Origin: Balanoglossus misakiensis
Taxonomy: Eukaryota > Animalia > Hemichordata
NCBI GenBank assembly: GCA_040954595.2
Contig: CM082596.2
Location: 4,023,025 to 4,087,024, forward strand
Length of the DNA stretch: 64,000 nt
Direction: 5' to 3'
Part shown: positions 14,517-28,820 of the stretch, piece after piece
How positions within the stretch are numbered: the stretch's first letter is position 1
Layout: each line of letters starts with the position of its first letter
Translations under genes and position numbers: made by a program
The notes under the pieces: model-generated
What the model was told of the DNA's origin: nothing
The model's database searches: none
Seen by the model: the letters and a program-made list of their open reading frames with translations, nothing else

Positions 14517-16854
14517 CTTTCCCGTGATGCATCAGCCAAAATGTCAGCGGGAGAAACAAAATTATCAGTGGTCGTGTTTTCATGATGGTTTTAGTCCATT
14601 TTACCGTAATCTATAATATAGAAAAAGGTGTGCCGTGAAAATTTGATCGTAATATTCTTACGGCTCTAAATTTTGCGCTGCATAAACATCTGTGGCACGT
14701 GCTTGGGGCCCTGGAAGGAAATTGCATGTATCCCAGCATATCTGTTCGCTACATAAAAGCGCCCCCAACTACCTTCTGTATTTTTCCCTTTGTTTTTTTT
14801 TTTACGTGAGTCAGGAGCTTCTCGCGTACATAACATGCAAATGTTTCAATACAATGTACTGTTCTTGTACCCAGTCTGAATGAAATCGCATACGACGGGA
14901 TACAGAATAAGGCACTGCTTACACATTCTTTACTTTACAACATAAAACGCTAGCTTAGTTTTATTTTAATACAGCTGTGGCATCTGTACAATAATTTAAA
15001 AAATACAGTCATTGTTAATTGGTCACAGACGATAAAACAAACGTTCATAATCTATGAGACACATTTTACTAGACTGCACCATTACTACATTCTGCTACAA
15101 AACTACGTCTACTTAGCAATTTACTGCAGTTCTGTGAGTTTTGGTTTACAGCTCTCAACTGAAAAATTTTAAAAATACATCTCATACAGACATGAATTAA
15201 AATATTGCAGTACACACTACTCTCTCTCTCTCTCCCTATATACCCATAATACCTTTGCCATACATTGCACTGTGGTAATTTGTTCAGATATACATGTACC
15301 AGTTTATAACACCAGCATGGTGACACTATTTGAACCCTTGACTATTCTTCTCAAACTGCAGTTGTACAGATCTGTGGGCTTCCTTCATATGTTGAAAGTA
15401 AATAAATTCAGTATTAGCCATGATACACTGCTATATTCCCACAGCACTGGGGACCAAGAAAAGATCTTACCATCTCTACTTACACATGATTTGAAATATG
15501 TACTACATGTATACACTGTCAGCACCTTCACACATACACAATCACATTACTTCATTTGTTACATGCCCAGTACTTGAGTACAATCACTGCAGCATTGATC
15601 TGAACAGGAAATTTGTGTTTCAGCACCAGTAACTCTTCTGCCTGAACTGCACAATGTGCATCACAGTCGAATACATTAAACAGCCCGCGACCAATCACAT
15701 GAAGGGATCAAATCACACGGTGCACTAATAACCAATCAAAAACCAAAGTGGTCCCACATTGTCATGAATTGTTCACTCAAAAGAGTTTCAGCACATTGCC
15801 ACTCCATAAAAAGTAGAAACTCTCTGCCCCCACATAGTTCTATAAGTACATCAGCTTATCACAAACACACATGATAATTTGTTGTCATAGACATTTCCTG
15901 ATTGGTCATTTGTTGCCAAAAATACTCACAACATGGAGTACTGGAATCATTGCAAAGTGACAAGAATATAACATGAGAGTTCTTGTGCCAAAAACATTTT
16001 ACAAAACTCAGTTGAAGAACACTACAGATTACAAATTTCTGGTGTTATGTGCAATTTTCTGTGTGCAGCTTACTGACAAAAAAGAATCTGAACAGTTCTT
16101 ATATAACAGATTTGGAAATGATAAACTGTACCAGCATAAAGCTCAGACATTGAATTATCACAAGCTGCCAAATAAATGCTTCTCATATGTTCACACACCT
16201 TACAATAAAATGTCATGACTTACAAAATAAAGCGTGCTATAGTGTTCAGAAAAAAAACATCTCTGTGAAATAAATGCTTCAAAGCTACGTATTCAACTTA
16301 CATCAATTTTCTCTAAAATTTCTAAAATAAAATCTAACACTTAGGACTCCTACATTTATTGTGTAAAATAACCCTTTTCTCCCCAATATTCCTGTGGATG
16401 GGTCAAATCACACCATACTTAACAATGCGATTCAACCAAAGCACAAGCAGGGGTGGGGGGTCATTAAGACATGTAAATTATCATTTATAATACACCGTGT
16501 CTGTCAGAACCAAACACTAAAATTGCAAGTTTTGTTTTTGATATTTCAACACCCATCTTTATCTGTTCCTAATTGACCTTTACCCCATTTCTTTCACCCT
16601 CTCATTTCTGAGACCCCTATGCACCCCTTTGTGCATAACAAAAAGCTTATGTTGCTGACAAACTTATTCATGTATTATACTTTTGTTTATGAGTCCAACT
16701 TGCATCTATAAACAACAGGCCACGCTCATAAACCCTGTAAGACCTTATCTCTAGATATTTTTCCATGATGTTTTTTTTATAATCAAAATTCACATTTTCT
16801 TGTCTAAGTAGCTAGGGAATCCATACAGATGAAAGTTGAAATGGGCCAACTGTT

Positions 16855-16948
16855 TTAACCCTTTCACCCCAATCTCATTGTATGTAGGTCCACCGTTGCC
16901 ATTGAAAATAATGGTATTGGGAGAACCATAGGGGTGACAGGGTATTAA
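16855..16948. mobile_element. Short MITE-like element with TTAACCCTTT-type termini
   Basis: TTAACCCTTTCACCCC ... GGGGTGACAGGGTATTAA termini. Similar degenerate elements of about 80-90 bp occur at about 20554-20635 and about 58342-58433. Confidence 0.5.
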
Positions 16949-17242
16949 AGTCTAATGGTTCACTCTCCGACAGAAAGACACATCTATGAGGCACAAGACT
17001 GGATTTCTATATTGGTTCTGGGGGGGTCATGGGGTCTACTTCACTCTTTTGCCAGCAGGTCGGAGAGGCCAACTTACAAACAATGTCCCTCGACTCTTAA
17101 GGCGGAAACACCTCTACTTACAATGGAATGTTTTGACATGGACGCAGAGGAGAAACAACGAGCAAGCAAATTCGTGACGGGGACACGGAACATTCAAAGG
17201 TGGATGTGTAACGGTTGTCCAGGCAACTGTCCATAGCTGTTG

Positions 17243-20200
17243 TCATGACAATATTGCAGCACTACGCCTTGGAGCCACATTATCCAGGCTAGCTGATCGC
17301 TTGAGGCAAGACTTGACTATATCTTTGAACTTGTCTTCTGATATCCTTGACATTGCCTGTAACATAATAATATAAAAAACATATGATTTTTCAGAAAGTG
17401 CTGATGCATTATTTATTTTTGGATGAAACATTTGGCACCATAGTAATCTCTACACCATAACCCTTGCCCTACCGGTTCTAGTACCTGCTGCAGTACCAAG
17501 TCATCTTTGGCCACTGGATGTACCAGCAGAGACAGATTGAGTGTTGACTCACCTCTAATCTCTGTGCCCTATCTTTACAAAGCGGTTCACTGGGAAAATT
17601 CAAATCATTCGCATCAGCAAGAGACCTGAGATCAAAGTAGTACTTGGCATAAACGCTAGATGGCACATTAATGTTAAACTGAAGCAGCTCCAAAAATTGT
17701 CTTTCTAATTCATTCCTGAAATGAAACAGAAAAAAAATATGTGAATTAATCAGTGTTTAATACCAACTTACATTCCACCACTTGTGACTTGAGACAAAGT
17801 AGTCCATCTCGAGTCTAATGAAATATCAAACTTCACATCTTTTGAACATTTTCAGTCACATTTAAGTAACTATAACTTGTCTAATACAACTTTACTCTGA
17901 TAATGCATCCCACTTTCCCTATTTCCCTTCAGATAGATATGACCACACCACTGAAGACAATGGACCAAACCAAAGTCCACACAGCAAGAGGGGTTGCAAG
18001 AGTACTTACATATCTTCTACCGTTATATCCTTAAGTATCTGACAGTAATCCACATTCCAGACAGCTTGATCATCCCAGACTTTGGATGCCAACAGTATTG
18101 CTCCCAGAATTATCCTCTTCCAGTTGCTAGGACAAATATCTATTTCTGCATAGGTTAATAATCTTTCTAAATATACCTGCAAAAAAATATTCAGAAAAAT
18201 AATGACAACTTATTTCAGTTACTGGGACTTCTCTGTATTTGCTCATTACGTGTTTCTTGCACCAATTGAACCACAATAATACCAGGATGTAAGGTCAAAT
18301 AGGGGTCATGAAAATGGCCGACTCAAGTGTCGAGAACACTCACCAAAGTTACTATAGCACATTCTGCAGTCAGCTGTGCAGCATTAAATAAAGTCCGTAT
18401 AAATTTATAGATATGCTTGTGTTCTGGATTATGTTCGTGGTAATCCTCAGGTACTGGATCTTTCTGTGGAATGGAAATAGGATACTTACAATTAACATTC
18501 GTGTGAAGAGATGCTATCATTTTTCATGACTGCCAGGTTCTTATTTCAAAGGAAAAAGGGCTGATATGATAAGATCATACTTACTGTAAGGGGATGACAC
18601 TTTTCATCGAAGATTTCTAACCGCCGAAGATCTGGTTCTCGGTTTTTGATATGGTAAAAAATTGCTAATGCCACACTGAAAACAAAAAATAATTGATTTA
18701 GTACAATGCCATGATAAAACATCATGAAAGTAGGCAACTGTTTCACTGTTAGACAATTTACATATTCACTGGTAATGTATAGTTCCCTTTGAGGGATAAT
18801 ATGCTTCTGTCTGTAAACATCTGAAGCAAGTTATCGGCAACCCTGGATGGTGTGATAGTTTTGCCACACACTATATATTTGCCATCAGGACGACAGTTAT
18901 GGATGCTTACCATTTGATGGTGGACTTGAGATTTGGTTGACTAACTGTACTATCATCAATAAAAATTGTAGAACATGAGCTGTATTTCTGTAATGACCCA
19001 GTTGAACTGACGTGGTTCATGTGGTGATGTCGAGATGGCCTCTTGGCATCTGAATAAAACAGAAAGAAACATCAAAAATGACTATATTGTTGAAAACGAT
19101 GAAATGATAACAATGAAATGAAAGTGCACATGAGATATCAACAATCTGATAAATATTGGACTTACCAATTGTTAGAGACCTAGTAAGGAACATTGTACTT
19201 GTTGTTGGATGCAAAGACGGGTCCTCTTCATCATCTGTTAAGAAAGAAAGAAAAAGAGAGAGAAAAACAGATTAAAGTGAGAACGTATAGATTTGAGTAT
19301 CACCTAACAGAAATAACCAACTTCTTTTGGGGAAACCTTACTTGATTTAGAGTCAGTTGCCTTGATCGAGCCACAAAATAGCCATGACAATGGAGTTTGT
19401 GAGGGATTACCAGACAGGGCAGTGCTAATGTGTTGTTGACTTCACTGCTGTGGTTTACAGTGGATGGTACCCTTGGGTAGGGGAAGGTTAACTGGCCCAT
19501 TCATCACGTTGAATAGTCAATCAATCTTATGGAAGCTCATTTTCTGACGACGGACTGATTGGAAAGGATGCATTTCCTGCTGCTTGGGGTAGAGTATCGG
19601 AACACTGGTGGCTATGGCGACAATGGGATGAATTGTCCCTAATAAGTTGGTCTGTTATCGATGTTGCACAACACAGCCAACAGCAATATGGTTAGAGACA
19701 CGGTAGAAATATATGAATCATAAACTCGTGAATACATCAAATATAACCCGCAAAATATGCTTTCAGAAAATGCAACCTTCCGAATCTGATGTGAATTAAA
19801 GGGTCAGGCTACATGACTTTAGGGCTCATACTGTATGAGATCAAGATGAGTAATTGCGATTCTCCGCCATTTTCACACCTGTATTGTCATGTCCCGCAGT
19901 GTAAATTTTGATAGAATACATGTATCTCAGTTATGTCTCTTCAGACAAAAATCTATAAATATGGGCATAGAATCGTTGCAATTTATAAGATAGGCTACTT
20001 TTATATGCACATCCAAGCATGACACTGATTAATAGTAACATTATTGAAATTAATATATGTAAATGATCATTAACGGAAACCATGTTTGCGTTCTCTACTA
20101 AATCTAACCTTGCCAACGCTATACAATTCCATATTAACAAGATTTAATTATAGTGAAACTATTTGACAAAAATTGCTGCATTTTGATGGTGAAGATCTAT

Positions 20201-21587
20201 TTTGAAATGTATAATTGCCGATATGTAAATGCCTAATTGCAACTTCATGAAGTGGAAATTTATTATATCTTGAAAAAAAAATCATTTAATCTGACTATCT
20301 GAAGCCTGGTGGATGACTGATGAGGTTCAGTTAAATCTTGATTTCTGATGATAGGCTCTGACCTGCAGCTGCATATCGCTGACAAGAAATCCACCTTAGC
20401 ATACGACAAGCATTCATATTGTTTCCCCCAGGGTTTATACATAAAATCTCTGTAATGCCTCCACCAAATTACCTCGCTTCATATAACCTGGACAGTTTGC
20501 AGTCTTCATCAATTCTCCATCCTCCCTTTGCTGTGCATTTTGTGAATTGTCAATCAACCCTTTGCACCCCGACCTCCAGGTGACTTCTGACATGATTCAG
20601 AATTTTGTCGTCCAAACTGGGGTTCAAAGGGTGAAAGTGACACAACAGCTTTTTGTTTCATATCACTGCTTCTAGTAGTACCCTAGGGCCATATTGGTAT
20701 CTTCACCAAAACAGGAAATGACAACAAAGAACCACCATACTGTCTGACCATGACTGGACAGGAAACACCAAGTTTCTGTCCAATATGATTCTGGGTCAGG
20801 GAGTACCATACTCTGCATACAACTGAAATATCAACACTGCCTGTCTTTCCTCAAGTTTTAGAGGAATCATCTGTTCTGATAAAGGCTGTTGATAAATTTT
20901 CCTGATGATATCTGACATCTAGTACCACAGTTAGGTTACACTGCCCTGTATGGGGAGTGTCATTTTTTATGTGAAATTTGTGCTGTGTCATTCATAAGGT
21001 GGGAAACTTTTAAAGCAAATAATACTGGATTGGTTTAATTCTGTTAGAGTTTCTTTTTTTCAGTTACCTTCCAGTATCTAATAATAGTTCGCGATCGACC
21101 AGGTGAGGCTGTCTGTCACATAGTGCATGATTGCATAGTACAGGCCTCCATGATGATGATTGCAGTGTAATCTTTATTACGACGGTTTTATGGATTGGCC
21201 CAGTCATACAGACTCGACTGACAGCAACATACAATTCCTGTCAGGTGGAAAGATAGTGTTAAGGTGTCACACATCGATGGCACATCATCTGCTTTGTGGC
21301 GAGCAAAGGGAATGCAAATCAAAACATATACAGTGACCACCAGGTGAGATAACCTCGCCCTGACACATTACCTGCAACGAATAATTGGCACAACACACGA
21401 CCCAAAACATGTGATCGCAAAATTAAGAACATTTACCTTCCGGTCTCTCTCTGTCACTTATATGCTGCAGATTCGTATTGTTCTCCTCTTTGATTACCAC
21501 CTCCCCATCCGGAACTTTGTAGACGTCCTTTCGATTTTTCCTGTCTGGTTTAGCAGCGCATCTGCAGCATGATGTATGGTTGCCCAT
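17243..21587 (-). CDS. CCNY: Cyclin Y, about 337 aa, 8 exons
   Basis: Exons 21587-21437, 19234-19166, 19049-18911, 18675-18585, 18463-18344, 18176-18010, 17715-17553, 17356-17243 (1014 nt, in frame). N-terminus MGNHTSCC (myristoylation/palmitoylation). Motifs [100 protein letters not shown]. Confidence 0.95.
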
Positions 21588-23895
21588 CTTGACCAAGTGC
21601 GATGCCCTTGGAAGTTGACTTCACTGCTTGCTGTGTTTACGAAGAAGATTGCTAAAATGCCACAGATTACTTTACTCGATGGCTGTTTTTCTCAGTCCGA
21701 CACATCTTCGGGGTCACATCAATGTACCAAGTGCTCGGGAACTCCTGTCTTGTGCATTTTCAATCAATTTGAGAAGACATTTACACAGAGATAGATCTGT
21801 CTCACATTCTCAACAGGCAGCGGCCATAAGCCATTTTGTGATTGGGCACAGCTGATGATGACGTACATGCCTAGGTGCATTGTGGGTAAATCGGGGCTTC
21901 GTTGGGTGAGGGCACTTTTTGACTTGCCTGCGTTGGAGAAATTTAGTTTTTTTTCTTCAAAATAAACAGTAATCATAAACACATAGTCCTGGAAAATAAT
22001 ACAGAAGACATCTCCCATTTACTTGTGAGATGACTGTGTGCAAACCCAACTTTTTCGTTGATGAGCATGTTCAGAAAAAACAAACAAACAAGCTAAATTC
22101 ATTTTCTAAAATTTTATTGCAATTATTGATGACAATAAATTAACAAATACATACCAGGGTGCAAAATGAAATGAGTAATGACTATATCCGCTATAACTAC
22201 AGTTTTGTTTGGAATCACAGCAATAAATGGGAAACATTCAGTGGTAGCCTTGCCATCATTTAACCAGGAAATAAAAGTTGAACCTATCATGGTGGTCCAA
22301 TTCGTGTGGAACCAAACATTTGGTGTTTGTGCACATTTATTTAATGTTGTAAAAAGTTTCGTGTTATAAGACTCAAGTTGCAGACCAACTGCAAACACTA
22401 CACGATCAATCACTAAAATCAACTACTTCTTTAACGAACCATTTCGAATGTATTATACCATAACCGCCTGAATAGAGAACATTTACATGTGTTCTTCAAA
22501 CTCTGACATCGGACAAAAATATTCATTTTCCATCAAAATACATCCCCAGAGCAGAAATTACAAAATTTATCCAAAATATACCATCTTATTAGTGAAATAT
22601 ATCAAGCAGTTTTATGTAAGTACCTCTAGCACCCTGGATATTTGATTCAAGCAGTTTTATCGAGTTGTTATTCAAAGGACAGTCAGATGTAGGGTTTGAT
22701 AATTTAAATTTATCAAAAGTTACAAATACTGTCCCTTTAAAGCACCCTTGATTTTTAATACCCTAGCTTTCAAAATGTTTCATCGGAATGTGTGTGCGTG
22801 TTAGTTTTCATTCTTGTCTGAGCTCTAAGTATTTCACCCCCACTCTGTGGTAATGATGGACAGTCTCAATGTACTATAAAATAGAGTTGAACCAGACCAC
22901 ATTAACTAGTTATGGGGGGAGAAAAGGAGTTGGGATTACAGTGTAGCACAAGAGAGCATACTCGCATTTTCACAAAGGACGCTCGATTTATAGGGACATC
23001 TCGAATGTCAAGGACGTTTACGCAAGAAATCAAGCATTTAGGACCCAATAATTTCAAATCCTCACAGAACAATCACAAGGAAAGAATGCAGGAAAGGTTT
23101 GTAAATGGTTTATGCAGCGGTCATTTTGCCACTGTATGCCCCTTTAACTCACAGCAAATAACACTGTTTACTTTGATCAGTAAGAAAACCAGTCTTGTTT
23201 TCATTTACGAGACGAAGTACAGCACACAACCAGAGAGAGCAGGAATAAATGGCCGTGTGATTGTGAAGAAGTGCAAGCAAGGTGTCTCGTATAATGCTGC
23301 TGATAGCTAGTCCACACCTGAGGAATTTTGCTTTCCCTTGCATCCCAATTATGCACTGAATATATGTGCCTATTCTAATGTAGAAATGACATAGAACAAA
23401 TATCCAAATTCAATATTTTCATGCTGTCAAATCTGTTTTCAATGGCGGCAATATCAGATATAAAATCATATACTGAATGGAGGATGGACATGGTCTCTGA
23501 ACCTTCTCCATGGTAACACATGCAATACCCCACTGTGATAAGACAAATACTGATGATGACATTCATGACATTTCAGTCAAAATTTTTACACTGAATCAAA
23601 GTATCATGACACACAAATAATCATGTTCTTTTCTTTACATACTATGTCTATATGTACATGTATGTTCTCATAATATGTATGATCTGTATATCCAGTCTTG
23701 ATAAAATCAGAAATCCCTTTTTTTAATCATTGCCCTCTACCCATGTCCAACTGTGATTCTTCCGTTTATTAAATGGCACATGTTCTTCAATAGTGTACTT
23801 TGACCTTTCAACTCAGAATGTTGACCTATGACCTAGCCCCATTCAATTGACGAGATATGTAAATTAGAGTTCTGGTAGGATTTCGGCTTTAATTA

Positions 23896-26800
23896 TTAGT
23901 CATATTTCTCTCGGAAGTTGTAGTAGGCATCGAACCACATTTCACCAGACTTCTCAAGAGACCTGAAGTAGAAAAAAATAATATTAACATTAATAAAGCA
24001 ATTTGTTTCGTCTCATTCTTTCTAGCCCTAAAAGAGGCAAAGTGCTAAAACAGATTTGATTACACAAGCCGGTACTGGTATAAACATACCTGATGATATC
24101 CAAGAAGGCTTCTGACAGAGAAACTTCAACGTAAGAAAGGCCATGCTTCTTACACAGCTCCTTGACCAATGGTTTTATCTTGTACAGATTGTGGCGGGGC
24201 ATGGTTGGGAAGAGACTGTAAGAGAGAAAATGGCTCTTGTTACAAAACTTATGATTGGTTAAAAATGACCACATGTCCATGTTCATTATTGCTATTGGTT
24301 GAAATGTGGTCAGATTGACAGGTTGCCCGCACTTACTGGTGCTCGATCTGGAAGTTGAGATGTCCAGTGAACCAATCGTTGAAGAAAGACTTCTCGACGT
24401 TCCTGGTTGCGTACATCTGCAATGGCACCCATGGTCTCTCCTGATCGTCATCTATTTCCATGGGAATGTGATTGGATTGTGACACCCAGGTGAACCATGT
24501 GCTCTCAACAATCCTGCAAAAAAAGGGAGGAACCATGGCCCAGTCAAAAACCTTTGATTTCTATGATACGTTTGGACCTCTATAGAGGGAAAAAGGGTTA
24601 ACTCACTAACAACTATGGGATTTTCAACAAAATTCACCCAGAGATTTATACAGGAATATGTGGTTAAAATTCCATTTTCCAGGAGTGATACAAAAGAAGC
24701 TTTGCAAAAATCCTTAAAATGACAACACATTTTCAAAAACGACACAAGCTTACCTGAGTATTTCATAAAGGACGAAGGAACCAAAGACACCAACCAATGG
24801 AACATACATGTAGAAAAATCTGGCATAGTATGAGATGAACAGGAACAATTCCTAAAAGAGATATAAGTAGACATATTTCCTTGTAAAATTTACTAGAACA
24901 TAACAGTGATTGTTCTCACACTTTAGTTTGATGTTGTAGAAATTGACTGAATGGGAGAATTATCACTTCATATCTCCTTTAAGCAGTATATTAATTAAAT
25001 CTCACTTTATATACTATCGTATTCAGAAATGTTTTAAAGATTTTTCCGTCTTACCCAATGATGTGTTGCTCTTCTTTGCCAAAAGAAACGGAACAGCATG
25101 AACTGGAAATAGATTGGAAAGAGAAGTGGTGGTCCAACTGAAACAAGGACAAATGAAAATAATACACAAATCAGTAATCAAATTTGCCATTAGAGACTTG
25201 TCACTACGCAAGCCAAATGTTCATATTATAAGTTACAAAATCAGGGCGTGGGGGTGGGGGGGGGGGTGTTGGGAGGGTGGCGAGATCCAAACTTTCACTG
25301 GTTAGGTTTGTAAATGGCAGTTTCCAACATGAATACATACATCTGATCAGTCTCAGTGTGTAGTTCAGTTGTTTTTTTTTAAATTATTTAACATGATAAA
25401 AGAAGTTATGAAAGCGTTGTGCAACTGCTTTGTGTAACAGTCTGACTCCAACAAAAGCGTATCAGTTGACATGCCGAATCAAAGTTCTACACCTTTTTAA
25501 AAATTTCACTGTGCCCATTCTGTAACAGGTTAGTGACCCCTCTCAGCAGAGGAAGTGACCTTAGGACAGACGAATGTTCACTGACCCTGCTGAGTAATAA
25601 CTTCAGGCGGTTATCAGCGCTCTTTGATTCCTATGTAAGGTCCCACCAACAATACATTTATGCAAATGATATTCACTGATACAAAGGGATCACTGTGCAG
25701 GGAGGCCCTCTGTATGGGAGACGGTGTGCCCTCTAGGTCACTTATATGACGCTGTCATCATTGAGTCAACAAATGCAGAGTGGTGATGCAAGAAATAGCA
25801 TACAGGGCCAATGCACAGAAATCTCAAATTGACAGACCATCAGCTTCTCAGTCGACCCTGCTCTGATTCGACTGTAAAATTTGACTCACTGATTGGGAAG
25901 TACTTGTGCTGCCAGTTGTATGGTAACCAGTATGTTCTTTGGTCAGCTACCTTCTTTGGCATTTTGTTACCAACTACAAACAGTTTCTCAACTCGGACGT
26001 CTGGATCTTTATCCATCTAGTAAGGGAATAAGAAAAGATTTTTGAGAGACTTTAGTTTGTTTACCTGCACTGTGTTAGGCAGCAAGATGAGATGTGGACG
26101 GACAAAATAGAGAGTGTTGGTACATGTAAGATGATGAATAAATGCAACATACCACATTAGGTTTGGCGTGGTGTTGATAGTGCATGTGTTTCCACCAGGT
26201 TGAAGAAGCACCCTGAAATGCAAAAACACTCTCACATTAACTGACGTTCATCGTAATAACAACAAGTTTAGCAGCAATGTTTTCAAAGTCCTGTAAAACA
26301 TTTGCAAATTACGTAAAACCGACAAGAGGCGGCAACTATGTTGTCATGGTTTTCTGAACGCACAGTCACTCCACCTCAATGTTTACCTTGACAGACCCCA
26401 TCAAGAGTTGATGCATAAGTGTGTTGAGTTTATTGGATTTATAGACGGACAAATGACCAAAATCATGCTGCAGCCATCCACTCTGTGCCTGGTAGGGGAA
26501 AAAACACCACACACAACATATTCAGATCATTATGAAGTGAAGCACTTTTCAACCTGAAGTCTAACAAATACCAGTCCAAATGACCCATTCTATTAAAGTG
26601 AAACAGCAAGACTTGCTTTTTCATGTACAAGTAAATAATGGATTGTAATTATGTCTCACCATTCCAGCCCCAAGTATCACTCCAGTCAAGATGAATGTAA
26701 ACCAATTAACGCCAAAATAAAGTAAATTTAGGTAGCCAACTACATCAAAGAGGATGACCATGAGAATATGGAAATGGAAAAAGAAATAACTCGGAGTGAA

Positions 26801-28366
26801 CAGGTCCTGAAACAAAACACAAAAATAAGGGGTTAGTAGTCCTCCATGGATTCTCATGGAATACCGGGACAGCCTCTTAATTATTCTTGAGCAGGTCCAA
26901 ACATGAACATTTCAACCTTAACATCAAATACATCATATTTACCATTTTATGGGCCACATCTTTAAGGTCTCTGAAATCTTTCTCTATTTCTTTGATTTTG
27001 GTTTCATTTGGTGCCATTCTGCCGATTCGAATTGGTTTCATGTATTTCTTCACCATATCTCTTGTGTGTTCACGGTGGAAGGCTGTGAATGCATCCTGCA
27101 TGAAGAGAAATGAAGATGTGTTACTGTAGGGATGTACGATTGGTAAAGTTGAAAGTACTGTCACTTTTTTATTATTTAAGAACCGAATTTTATTACTTTT
27201 AACTGTGCTCAGCTATGTGCAAAATTTCATGAAAAAACTATTCTCGAAAAATAACCACTGTTCATTCTAAACTTTAAAAGAAAATTCTGTTAACTTCAAC
27301 AGGTAAAAGCTATAGATCTTATGTCTTGTTTTTTCATGAAATTTTACACTAGATCAATCAAAGGGGAACCAACACATCAAAAAGTTGCTTGTTAATGCAA
27401 CCATGGAATTCTTCAATCTTAGAAACAGACTTTGCTTCAAGTGCACACTATGAGGGCGTGTGATTTCTGAATGAGGTCAAAAGTCCCTATTCACCTATTG
27501 ATATCTCGCACGTACACACATGTCGCATGACAAAACTGTGGCGCATGTGATCGCAGCTTTGCCGACTCCTCTGATCCACGACCTTAGAGATATTTTAATA
27601 CATTCAATAAATATTGACTTATCAAAACCATCTTATGAAACTGGTTTACAATCAGAGCGTCAGCAAATTGTATATTTTTGATTAGCAATGTCTACATCAA
27701 TAAGTATTAACATTTCTATTATTATCAAGTCATATTTATACAATGCAGTATTCCTCATTTTCATGCCAGTTTGCCTCTTACGGTAGAAACTTGAAAAGTT
27801 TTGAGTAGAAAAAGTAGGTCATCCTGGCACTTATCGGGGGCCTACGTGCTCAGAAGTAGTTTGGGAACATAGTTACCTGTGGGCTCTATGTGTTTACATG
27901 CTATAATCGGTCCCTATACACCAGAAAGGCACTTTTGGTGTACAGTATGTACCTATATGTAGGGACTGGTAGCATGTAAATGCATAGTGACTTAGTCTAG
28001 TATCCAGACTTGTGTGTTTTTTCGCTAACACACAAGTCTCGACTAGTAATAGCAACTTGGAGCCAACAAGCAACTGTGTTTGGAAAATATGTATTTAATG
28101 GCCTGTCACCAAGAATTTATGCAGGGTTTGCCCATTCCCTCATCTAGTCTGTCAACCAGTAGGATCATTACATGTAACAAAGAGACTTTAATATGTATGT
28201 TCGTTTCAGGTACTGTGGGTTTCACAACAATTAAGTTACATCACCAAAAAAGGTCACAGGTATTTGGGTGTTTCCGACCATTGCCAATATTTCAGGATGT
28301 TCAAACTTGTGTAAGCAGCGATTTTAACACACATTTCGTCTCTTGTGACTATATTGAATTTGATGT

Positions 28367-28401
<35 letters not shown>

Positions 28402-28617
28402 ATGATTAAACAGGCCACTTACCGACGCGTCTTGGCCAGCATAGTGACTTATCACTTTGCTGCCGCCGGGATGTTTGCGGCTCCATCGCGTTATGTCGAA
28501 GACTTCATCGTTGATCACTACCCATTTGTCTTCTCGTTGCGTGTGTTTTTTCACCTCATCCCACGTGAAGATCTTGTCAGCACCGTTTGCTGCGACCTTG
28601 TCGCCACCTTTTCCCAT
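23896..28617 (-). CDS. FADS2: Front-end fatty acid desaturase (delta-6/delta-5, FADS2-like), 444 aa, 11 exons
   Basis: Exons 28617-28423, 27095-26943, 26806-26660, 26488-26387, 26212-26153, 26016-25890, 25137-25055, 24851-24754, 24513-24337, 24215-24090, 23962-23896 (1335 nt). Cytochrome b5 HPGG motif and histidine boxes HDFGH, HYQHH, QIEHH. Orthology to FADS1 versus FADS2 cannot be resolved by eye. Confidence 0.93.
28371..28400. repeat. (TG)n microsatellite in desaturase intron 1
   Basis: 15 TG units directly visible. Confidence 0.95.
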
Positions 28618-28813
28618 AGTGGAATATCTGAAACGAGTTTCTCGTGTTACAACTTACGTTCCAAGTACTTGGAAACTGGATCTGTTGTAATGGGACACGT
28701 GTTGAATCAGGGAAAAGTGTTCGATCAAGATTGACGTGGGGAAGGCGCGATGAGGCCAAGACGTTTGAACGGTACTGCCGGCCGGTTGGACGGGATATTC
28801 CGTACTGTACCGG

Positions 28814-28820
28814 CTTATAG
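28814..28820 (-). promoter_or_regulatory. Candidate TATA box of the desaturase gene
   Basis: CTATAAG on the minus strand about 200 bp upstream of the ATG, in a CpG-rich segment. An HNF4/DR1-like AGGTACAAAGTTCA lies at about 28887-28900. Confidence 0.35.

Noticed and set aside
27217-27349. 22-bp inverted repeat in desaturase intron 1 (also a small hairpin at 22672-22740)
   Set aside because: Probably decayed MITE remnants, too short to classify.
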